Assembly (NCBI RefSeq): GCF_009914755.1
Contig: NC_060937.1
Strand: one strand, 5' to 3'
DNA: 64,000 nt
Origin: the human T2T-CHM13v2.0 reference genome, Homo sapiens
The notes beneath the pieces were generated by a model, which saw nothing but the letters and a program-made list of their open reading frames with translations, searched no databases and was not told the DNA's origin. Below, piece by piece: positions 15,725 through 26,668 of this stretch; within the stretch, counting starts at the first letter, position 1; every line of letters starts with the position of its first letter. Position numbers and translations under genes: made by a program.

Positions 15725-16844
15725 GATACCCTGTAATTTTCAAAGTAGTTAAAACAAGTTTAAATAAAGTCTAAATTCTTTCTTAAAAAATAATAAAATA
15801 AAATAAAATGGATAAGGAAAACCAGGTGGCATATAATACTCAAACAGTGAAAAAGAAGGAATAACATGTTCAAGTTGAAATATTTTGATTATGTTGTGGT
15901 GTCATTGGCTCTCGTCTTTCTGCTGTGACCAGGGCATGTTCATTCAGTCATCAAAATCCCGAGGAGCTCAGTTGTATGGTTTGGAACAAGAACATGAGTT
16001 TCAGTATCAGCATGCCATCTTAATGGCCTCAGAACAGTGCTATCGATTATGACCATTCAGAAAAATATGATTCTTGCTTACTTGACAAATGAAGAGCTGC
16101 CTCATTGTCTTAATTCATCTTTGGAAATAATGCAAGCATTTCATCACTCTTGCATGGCTGAATTTGCATCCGAGATCATCTTGGAGCATTTCACAGGAGC
16201 TACACTCCGGAGGGAAATACTACACATAGAGGCAGAGAAGGCAGACCTGAGTATCACACCGTAAAAGTAGAATTCTCACCTTTTTGTCCACTCTCCGCAT
16301 TTCACAGGGGAGAGGGAATGATTTTGATTCTATGCTTTCAGAAATTTTGGCTTACATACGACTTCTCATTTTGAAAAATAGCGATTAGTGTTGTCACATC
16401 TAGTCTCTCAGGATAAACTGCTTTACAAATTTAACATTATGGTTTGGAAATTTTCTTAGTTAAGTACCAAGAATTTCTAGTTTTTATTACCCGTAAATTT
16501 CAATTTAACACCAACCCGCAAAAAACAATAATCTTCAGTGCTCAGAAGATGTGCAGTCCCCATAGAGCAGAGCAGACTGTCTATATTGACCAAAGTTTTA
16601 AATACCAGAGCAGCACTGATACTGCTGTTGGGAACAGGTATCACCCAGAGGGTTTGTGGTTTATCAGACATTGTCACTGATTCTCTTGCTCCACATGAAA
16701 TGCTCCCTCTTTTCATTGAGAGTTCAAAGTGTAGAAAAAGAAGAAACTGATCAGATGGTAATTTATAATATAAAGTTGTGATTGTGGCTTTAGTGAAGAT
16801 TGCTGAGTGAATACGAGAACAAGATCATTTAGCATAAAATTAAC

Positions 16845-17025
16845 AGCAGAAGCTTTGGGGTTAAAACCTTGAAGTTCAAATCCAAACTCTGTACTTATGT
16901 AGGCAAGCCCCTTAATATCACTCAGCCTTGGCTTTCTTACCTGTGAAAATGGGATGATGATGATAATAATAATAATAATAATAATAATAAATGCCTACCA
17001 TCTGGCATGGGCATGAGGTTTTTAA
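16845..17025 (+). mobile_element. MIR containing an (ATA)n microsatellite (about 16963-16990)
   Basis: gttcaaatccaaactctgtactta ... ctgtgaaaatgggatgatgatg(ata)n. Confidence 0.75.
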
Positions 17026-17029
17026 ACCA

Positions 17030-17682
17030 TTTTTAAAACTTACATTTTGACCATTTTTATTAGATTGGTGCAAAAGTAATTGCAGTTTTTCAAAAACCTC
17101 AATTACTTTCACACCAACCTAATAAGTGTACAGTACAGTAGCACTAAGTACATTTACATTGTTGTGCAACCATCACCACCATCTACCTCGACGTTCTCAT
17201 CATCCAAAACAGAAACTCTGTGCCATTAAACACTGACTCCCCATTTATCCCTCCCCCGCAGCTTCTGGCAACCGCCATTCTACTTTCTCATCTCTATGAA
17301 CTGCTATTCTACTTTTCTCATCTCTATGAATTTGCCTACTCTAGGTACCTCCTATGAGTGGAATGATACAGTATTTGTTCTTTCCTGAGCATGGTATCTT
17401 CAAGGTTCATCCATGTTGTGGCATATGTCAGAATTTCCTTCCTTTTTGAGGCTGAATAATATTTCATTGTGTGCATATACCACATTTTGTTTATTCATTT
17501 ATCTGTCAATGGACATTTGGGTTGTTTCCACCTTTTGGCTATTGTAAATAAAGTTGCTATGAACACGAGTCTACAAATATCTATTTGAGTCCCTGCTTTC
17601 AGTTCTTTGAGTATATACCTAGGACTGGAATTGCTGGATCACACAGTAATTTTGTTTAATTTTTGGAGGAACCACCATGCTC
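17030..17682 (-). mobile_element. L1MB 3' end (MB3/4-like), split by MADE1
   Basis: ccattttta|agtgtacagtacagtagcactaagtacatttacattgttgtgcaaccatcacc ... ggaattgctggatca. Small internal duplication of attctactttctcatctctatgaa. Confidence 0.85.
17060..17122. mobile_element. MADE1 (Hsmar1-derived MITE), centrally deleted, 63 bp
   Basis: ttagattggtgcaaaagtaattgcagttttt-c-aaaaacctcaattactttcacaccaacctaa, flanked by TA on both sides. Confidence 0.95.
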
Positions 17683-18242
17683 TTTTGAGTTTACAGTGAG
17701 AAATTAGAACAAAACACTTGGAATCTTTCTGAACTTTGCACTCAAGCTTGGCATAGAAATAAAACTGATTTGCCTTCCAGACGCCAGGGCCTCTTCTCCT
17801 GTCCAAACTAACTTTACAGGTAATAGTAGTTTTATAATTACTATCTAAATACTATTATAATATAATCGTATCTTAATAATTACTATTAAGTAATCCCCTT
17901 TCTACAAATTAGTGGAGAAGTACTTCCAAGTCATGGCTCCTAGTTAGACCATGAAATACTCGTTCCCGTGGACTTATTATATTTTCTGGCTGAGTCATTA
18001 AACTAGGCCTTATTCACAAATAATATAACCAAATGATAATAAGATGTACCCATAACCCTTTTGGCCTCATCCTGATAGTTAACCTTTTCTGGAGTAGGTC
18101 TAAATGCGTCCTGGCCACAGTGAGTGAGGCGTTGCTGCAGGGATTGCATGTTTAGAAAATGTAGGAGGCAGGGGAGGACACATGGTTTTAGGTGCTGCCA
18201 GAAAACTCCTTCCAACATCTAGAATTTCTCACCCTAAAGCAG

Positions 18243-18648
18243 TGATATGGTTTGGCTGTGTCCTCACCCAAATCTCTTCTTGAATTTTGGCTCCCGTAAT
18301 TCCCACGTGTTATGGGAGGGACCCAGTAGGAAATAATTGAACCATGGGGGCAGTTTCCCCCATACTGTTCTCATGGTAGTGAATAAGTCTCACGAGATCC
18401 CTCATACTGTTCTCATGGTAGTGAATAAGTCTCACGAGATCTGATGGTTTTATAAGGGGTTTCCCCTTTCACTTGGCCCTCATTCTCTCTTGTCTACCAC
18501 CATGTAAGACCTGCCTTTCGCCTTTTGCCATGATTGTGAGGCCTCCCCAGCCACATGGAACTGTGAGTCCATTAAGCTTCTTTTTTTTTTTATAAATTAC
18601 CTTGTCTCCGGTATGTCTTTATCAGCAGCATGAAAATGGACTAATAGA
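18243..18648 (+). mobile_element. THE1 (C-like) MaLR solo LTR with internal 42-bp tandem duplication
   Basis: tgatatggtttggctgtgtcc ... gaaaatggactaataga. TSD agcag/agtag. Duplicated unit 18358-18399 and 18400-18441. Confidence 0.93.
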
Positions 18649-18816
18649 AGTAGGGAGAACATTCTTCCAGTGGGTAACCTAGAAAGAGAATTGGATGTTT
18701 ATACTAAAGGTGTCTCTTTGGGACTTTTCTGTCATTTTACATTTTTGGCCTTTTTTTTTTTTTTCTTCTCAGGGCCTCATCCTGGGTTATTTTCTCTCTC
18801 TAAAAATCACATCCCC

Positions 18817-19182
<366 letters not shown>

Positions 19183-19335
19183 TCAATTTTCCACCTCCAG
19201 CCCAGCGTCTGTCCTGAGCTCTTTTATTTATTCCTATATTTATTTGACAAATTTTATTGAGTCCTTGCTATGGGATACATCAGTGAATAAAATAGACAGA
19301 ATTCCTGGAGGGTTTGCATTCTAACAGGAGGAGAC

Positions 19336-19697
19336 CGTATTAGTCCATTTTCATACTGCTATGAAGAAATACCTAAGACTGGATAATTTATAAAGAAAAA
19401 GAGGTTTAATGGACTCACAGTTCCACATGTCTGGAGAGGCGTCACAATCATGATGGAAGGCGAGGAAGAGCAAGTCACATCTTACGTGGATGGCAGCAGG
19501 CAAAGAGAGAGAGAGCTTGTGCAGGGGAGCTCCTCTTTTTAAAACCATCAGATTTCATGAGACATATTCACTATCACGAGAACAGCACGGGAAAGACTTG
19601 CCCCCATGATGTAATTACCTCCCACTGAGTCCCTCCCACAACACGTGGGAATTCCTTCAAGATGAGATTTGGGAGGGGACACAGCTAAACCATATCA
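19336..19697 (-). mobile_element. THE1A/B MaLR solo LTR inserted in an L2 remnant
   Basis: cgtattagtccattttcatactgctatgaag ... gacacagctaaaccatatca. TSD gagac/aagac. Confidence 0.93.
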
Positions 19698-21519
19698 AAG
19701 ACTAAGTAAATAAGTAAACATAATAAGCCTGAAGATGACATAGTGTGTTAGAAGGTGAGATAGGTTCTGGAAAAGAAGTGACACAAGATAGGGAAGCTGG
19801 ACCATGATGAGGATGAGAGGGTTGGGTTGCAATTATGGCTAATTGTGAATAATTTTAAGTGTTCTTCTGTGTGTAATATCTTCCTTCTTAGATGCTTAGC
19901 TCCACTGGGGCTTACATTCTGTCCTGAGGCACAGAGGATGTTCTTTTTAATGAGATGTATGATTGAGTGAGTAAAGGAGGCAACGAACAAACAGGCACAC
20001 AGGAAGACAGAGGCAGAATGGCCTGGACCTGTACCCAGGCTGTGGGATAGAGTGGGGAAATGGATTTCAAAAATATTTTCTGCAGGAACAGGCAGAGGCA
20101 TTTGTCAATCAAGTTGACTTGATGGACCTTGGTACAGTACAGCAACAAGTCGTACCAACACTGAGGTTTCTGACTTGGAAGATGTGTGCCACGTGGCCGT
20201 GTTGCTGTTCTGGGAAAGCTAGATGCCAGAAACTCATAGCCTTCTCTGTGTTTCATTTGCATAGGCAGTGGGATTTCTATTCTGAAAACATACCATTAAC
20301 GAAGAATTTTTCCAATCCCATCTTGGCTTAAAAGTAAGCTCCTCTCCCATCTCATAAACCTCCAATTCATTTAGCTTTCTCTGCACCAATGATTCTTTAC
20401 TTGTGACAAGAAATAGAGGAGCACTTCACAGAAACAGGAAAACACTGCCAGCTCTGATTACATCCACCTCACCTCTTCCTGCAGTTTTTCATCTTTTTGT
20501 ACTCTTGATCCAGAAATATACAAGTGCCAGCCATGCTAGTAATCAACTCTACACAGATATGGACTTCTTGCTTTTTTGCTTTCTCATTCTTCCCTCATTC
20601 TGTACTTTTAAAGTTATAATTCCCACGCCATCGTTTTTTAAAAGCTTGTTTCTCTGAGTGGCTTACTTGAATTAAATGCACCCTGTGATTTTTTCCTGAA
20701 AGATGGCAAGTTCTGAATATCCCCTAGCTTATAAGCAAGTGATTTTTCCCAGCGGTGCACACATGCATCGGCAGTAAGTATCTCCCCGGTGAACATTTTC
20801 TGACAGCAGCCCCTGTAATTGCACCCCACTTAGCTGGAGGCAGATGTAAGCAGAAGTGGCCAAGGGAGCTGCAGCTCTCGTGTTCTGAGCAGAGCAGAGA
20901 CGGAAGGGTTCAGATAGAGGCATGGTGTTATTTCTGAGATTAATCATGGGGTTTTTCCATTTGAGACAAGATTAAGTGAGGATTTCCTCCTCTGTTAGAT
21001 GAGTTTCCACTGGGATTTTTTACAGCCCCCTCCGGTCCATCTGTCATTCTGTCATCCAAAATTGACATTTTGACTATTTACACACAAAACTAAAGAACTC
21101 ACCCATATTAAATATTGGTTCTACATTTCCTTTGGCTCATTAGTGGCATTTTTCTATGGCAGTTTTACATTTGTCTGGAAAATAAAATCAAAGACTAAGT
21201 AACACTGTAAGAAACATACATAAGGACCAACTTTAAGATCCTAGGATTTACCTTTTGGAATTTGAGTGCACTTTCATCTTGCATTTTGAGTGGAAGGAGA
21301 TAGGAGAGCACAGTTTCATGGTTTGCTGACTCGACTCACAACTCCTATCTATGAGGCTGAGCTGTTGATCACAGCCTGGGGGGTGGGGGAGGGGGTGACT
21401 GAAAGGTCATGGGAACTCCAGGAGCAGGGACAGTGCTACCTAGGAGGTGAACCCAGAGCTAATGGGCCCAGCCACTGGAGAGTCAGCATTCAGGAATAGC
21501 CTTCAGTTTCTGGACACGC

Positions 21520-21740
21520 TGCATTGAGTTATTGAAAGCACTCCAGCTTTGGAGCAGACAGACCTGAATTTGAAGTCTGACCCTGTATCTACTGCCTTTA
21601 TTATCTGGCCTGGTTCAAATGACTCAGCCTTGGTGTCTGCTTTTATAAAATGAGAAGATTACACAGATTAAATGAGTTCATCTATGTAGGTGCTTAATAA
21701 AAGAGTTTGACAGGCATCCGTACTCTGGTCAATGTTAGTT
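21520..21740 (+). mobile_element. MIR
   Basis: gctttggagcagacagacctgaatttgaag ... tataaaatgag ... gattaaatgag. Confidence 0.7.
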
Positions 21741-23359
21741 CCTGTTTGTCCCAGGCCCCAGGCGGTATGACAGTGGCGTCATCTTAGAAGGGCACTGGAG
21801 TATTAGCATAATACCGACATGATAAATCAGACATGAAAAGAACTTGTTAGGAATCCCAGCTGTGTTGTCGTGATACAGAGCTTATCCCAATGGTGGTTGG
21901 GGCCATGAACCAAGGGGAGCTGGTGCCCAGTGTGGGCTGTCTGTGTCCCCATGCAGTGACTTGGAGAGAGGAATCTGGTGGCCAGGGTGGGGCATCTCAT
22001 CCTGGGCTGGCTTATCAGGGAAGCGCAGTGGTCAGGACTGAGACACTGAAGGGGGCCAGGTGCCAAGCCCTGTAAGACGAGGTCTGTGAGATGAAGCTCA
22101 GAGCCAGAGGGGCCACAGAGAGGGGCGTGGGCTGAGCCCAGAGTGGGCAAGGAGGGCAAAGCACCACGGAGGGACAAGGGCAGGGCCTCCTTCCTATCGT
22201 CACACTTTCATGTCCTAAATCTCTTCAGGGTCTGCACATATAGCTGGCACTGAGGTCATTGTGAACAAGATAGACTCATATTTCATTGGCTAAAAACAGA
22301 GGAGAAAATAAATACAAGACTTAATTCTAATGTTTGAGAGTGTTTGCCACTTTGCAAAAACAAACAGCATCTCTAACAAGTAGTTTCTAATTGCTGTGGT
22401 TTGCTCTTCATTGATCCTACACCAGCTTCCTCTGCTTTAAATGAACTTTCTTCATACCTCATTCAGGACCCTCCATGACTTGGAGTTCCTCCTCCAAATC
22501 GGGGCTCATTAGCATATCTCAACCGTTAAAACCTTATCCAAGCAGGTATTCTCAAACCAACAATGACTTGTCAACAGTAGAATCAGCTCCTCTCACCTGC
22601 TTCCAGGTACTTCCTCCTGGAGGTTGCCTTCTTCTGGCCTGACCTACATTGTTGCAAAATAAAAGGTGGACCTCGGTATTCTTTACTATATACATATATG
22701 TATATTTGCTGTCGCCATCTCCCAGGTGCATTTCCCTGCCCTGGGACACTGCTTAGCTGGGACCCTTCCTTTGTCTCATCAACCTACTGGACCAGGTTCT
22801 CATTCTTTCCTTGCCCTTGGTCTTGCCCTATTCAAATCCATTTTCCCACTCTACAGCCCTAGTCATCTTTCCAAAATGTACACATAACCATGTCAGTCCT
22901 TTATTGAAAACTTGCGGTGGCTTCGTGTTGCCTTCAGAATGGAGTCCAAACTCCCTAATGCCACCACATGGGGTGTGGAAAGGCCATATGCTGTATGTGC
23001 AGAGGACTTTGGTGCCTCAGAGCAAGATGTCATCACCATCTTCTGCTACCTTCCCAGAATAGTTTCCTGTGGTTTTGATGCCTGAGCTGGATTTTAATGA
23101 ATGAAACAGAGTTCACCTGGCAGGCATGGAATGCGAAAGGCATCCCAGGTAGAGCGAATAAAAAATCATGATATATTCACAGCATGATCAACAATCCAGT
23201 GTTGTTGGAACTTAACGTGAAGGAGGGAGTGGCCTTATTTGATCTTAAAAGGAGTTTGGATTTTATTTTATAAGAGATGGGGAATCATTGAAAGGTCGTC
23301 AACTGGAAATAATGTATATCTTAGAAAGAGGAGGTTGGCAAAGAGACTGAAGGAAGGAA

Positions 23360-23530
23360 GGTAACGTTCACTGAATACCTACTGACATGTCAGGGACTCT
23401 GCTGGATATTTTAGGTTATTTCTTTTCATTTTTACCAGAACCCATTTTGCAGATGAGGAGAAAACTTAGATTCAAAAAGATTCTGAAATTTTTCTGAGAC
23501 CACCTAGCATATAGTAGTGGATCCATGTGC
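23360..23530 (-). mobile_element. MIR fragment, adjacent to L2 remnants at about 22760-23350
   Basis: cactgaatacctact ... cccattttgcagatgaggagaaaactta. Confidence 0.6.
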
Positions 23531-23694
23531 TTTCCACTAGGCAGATGGCTCCAGGGGGCCAGGGTGGCCTCAAGAGTCCATGAGCCACTGGGCACTGCAG
23601 GTTGAGGGCTCACAGTCTTGTCCCTCTCCTGCAGGTGCTCTTTGCCTGAAGCCACCTCTACTCAGCACTATGTAGGACCAGCACTGGAAAGAAT

Positions 23695-24245
23695 TTTTAG
23701 GAGTTTTCTATTGCTGCCTAACTAATTAGCACACACTTAGCTGCTAAAAACACCTATTGAGTAGCTCACATGCAGAAGAGCTGAGTTCTCTGCTCAGGAT
23801 CTCAAAGGCTGGAATCAAGGCATTGAATGGAATGAGTTCTCATCTCCAGGCTCTGGGGAATAATCCACTTCTGAGCTCATTCAGATCATTGGGAGGATTC
23901 ACATCCTTGCAGTTGTAGGACTGAGGTACCCTTTGCTTGCCCTAGAGGCTGCCTGCATTCCTTGCTATGTGGTCCCCCACCTTCAAGCCAGCGACAGTGT
24001 GTTGAATTCTTCTTGTGCTTTGAATCTTCAACTTTCTCTTCTGCTTCCAGGAGGAAAAAAAAATGCTGTGCTTTTCAAGGACTCATGTGCTTAGGTCATC
24101 TCCCATTCTTAAAGGCAACTGTGCCACAGAACATAACCTAATCCCATGAGTCAAATTCATCATATCCACAGTCTTGGATTCTGCAGGGTGTGTCCACCAG
24201 GGGACATGGCTGTTTGGGAGACATCCTAGCATACAACCTACAACA
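23695..24245 (-). mobile_element. MLT1E-like MaLR LTR
   Basis: gttttctattgctgc ... tctctgctcaggatctcaaaggctggaatcaagg ... ccttgcagttgtaggactgaggt ... cctacaaca. Confidence 0.8.
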
Positions 24246-26100
24246 CGTGCCTTGATTACATGTATGTTCAGAATTTGCCATTATTTAAAATAAACATTTT
24301 CTTTTTTGGGGTAGCCCAGGATTTTGTTCTATCTGCTGCCTAACTTACCAGAAGTTTCCTTAGAGAAGAAGATCTTAGCAGATGTTGCATTTCATAAATA
24401 TTTTAGGAAACAATTTATTTCTCTTCTGCTTAAGCCTGAGGGCTGCAGACTGACCCACTCTTTCCTTTCTGTGTATACAGCCTTGGTGTCTCACTGTTCA
24501 GGGTGGGAAACAAGGAAGGTTCAGGTTATCACCCCACTGACCTACCTGGGGCCCAAAGCCACCACCACTTAGTCAAGGAGCTTTCTCAGAATTCTCTGCC
24601 CTTCAGCCATGTGTTCAGATGAATAAAGAATCCAGACTAATAAAGGTCTTGCTATTGATTAAAGTGCTTCAGCATATCAACCTTAGTTTATGAGTTCTAA
24701 GTTCTATGAATAATAGATACTTTTACTTATTTTCCACTTACAAACATTCTTCAATTGCATGTATTTTTTAAAACAATAACAAAAACAAAAAGTGAAAAAG
24801 AAACTATTAGCCCACCACTGCTCAGGGTGGGGGCGGAGAGTGGAGAGAAGGTAGAATGTGTGTGATAGTTCTGCCCCCGCACAGCTGGTCGGTCACCCTG
24901 CCCTGTGGAAAGACAGGGTGACTGAAGTGTTTGCTTGTGCCTGGGTGGCTCCCTCATGATCAACCAGCAGGAGATATGCCTTTATTGGAGCACCTCAAGA
25001 AGAAAGCAACTGAAGAGAGAGAAGAGTGTGTAGAAGAATTCAAGTTCACGAGGGACTGAGCAATATCAGAGTCATAAAATTCAGAGGCAAAGAGACCCAC
25101 CTGTCTCTTCCCTGCTTAAGACTTCGTGTTGAAGCTGCTGGCATCTTCCTTGGGGAAATTGCCCTCAGGAAAGGGATAAAGTTAAGCCTTTGTTTATATC
25201 ACCCAAACATTTAGAGGCTTTAAAAAGATGGTAAAGTTTATTTATTAGCCTGTTTATGATAATTGGCCAAAATAGTTGGAATACTATTTGCTCAAATGAT
25301 TTTATGATAGATTTTAAGATGTCTGCGATTTTATTTTGCATGGATGATAGCTGGGACAGCAGACACCCATCAAAGCGTTACTAATAAAAATGAATAAAAA
25401 TAGGTCTCTTGATGTTTGACATTTTCTATTAAAGAAGACTTTCAAGGAAAAGATCATCATAAACTTTCAGAGGCCAGGAGAGGGGAGCCTAACCTTTCTT
25501 TAGTGTGTACCACGTGTCACATACTCTATACGTGATTTTTCAGTCCCAACAGTGCTTGCTTTTCTGATGTTACAAATGAGAACACAGGTTGAGGCAGGTC
25601 ACGGTCCCAGAGTTGCTGTGTACCCAGTGCTGTGGCAGCACCTGCCATGGTGCCCGGTGACCATGGAACCCAGTGACCACACTCTGCTTTCATCAAAGCC
25701 AACAGCCGGAGCAAAGAAAAGAATTCACTTTGTTTTGATAGATGAGTCTAGTAATTTTAGCACTTTTAAAACTGTTTATTTCTCTATGCCATAGGATGCT
25801 TTCAGTGAATGAAATCTTCTCCACTAAACCATGATGATTTAAGTTGTTTGAAAGGCAGCACCATCTGTTTTCCACTGGGCTTCCCAATAGAACACAACAC
25901 AATTTCAGTTGAAATCAGTTGCTATTTATGTTTTCAAGATATTTTTTCTTTGGACTTTAGTACAGCTCCTGAAGATTAAGGTTTTGGACCGAGGCTGTCA
26001 GAATCAGGCAAGTTCAGTCCCATTCCCCAGTTTCTGACTGAGACTGAGCAGAAAATAAATATGGAAAGCAGAAGAGGCACTACTACTGAACAGTCATGAA

Positions 26101-26230
26101 CCCGTTTATGCCTAGTGTTCCATTACTGGAACGCTAAGCTTGTGGGAGTTATTTATATCCTATCGCTCAATGTCATTGCCAATGTCTGATTTTTCACACA
26201 AAAGAATTTACAGCCTCTGGCATAAATGGG
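26101..26230 (+). mobile_element. MER85 piggyBac MITE (PGBD3-derived)
   Basis: TIRs cccgtttatgcct and tggcataaatggg. Internal palindrome gttccattactggaac at 26117-26132. Target tgaa (left) and ttaa (right). Confidence 0.93.
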
Positions 26231-26434
26231 TTAAAACATGGTTGAATATTGAAAACACATACCTATATAGTCCCCATGTAGCTAAAGAATTAACACTGAA
26301 CAACAAAATGAGTGAATGCTTTTAGCAAGAAAGCTAACTCAGCAGGATTTTTTTATGCTACCAGTCTCGTTTTACACTGAGACAAGTAAGGACTGTATTT
26401 TGGATAAATCTTTCAGTCCTTTATTCAGCTAGAG

Positions 26435-26668
26435 CAGTGGTTCTTAATCGGGGCAGTATTCCCCTTGGAGGACATTTGACAAAGTCTAGAGACATTTTTT
26501 AATTGTTACAACTTGGGTATGGAGAGAAAGGGAGATTGCTACTGGCATCTAGTGGGTAGAGGCCGGGGTTGCTGCTGAACCTCTTACAATACACAGGGCA
26601 GCACTCCTGCCCCCAGTAAAGAATTATCTGGTCCAAGATGTGGGTAGTGCTGCTGTTGAAAAACTCCA
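26435..26668 (+). mobile_element. MER20 hAT-Charlie element
   Basis: cagtggttcttaatcgggg ... tgctactggcatctagtgggtagaggcc ... aaagaattatctggtccaagatg. 8-bp TSD agctagag/ggctaaag. Confidence 0.9.

Noticed and set aside
17821-17895. AT-rich quasi-palindromic tract
   Set aside because: Low-complexity sequence; self-complementarity is expected from composition.
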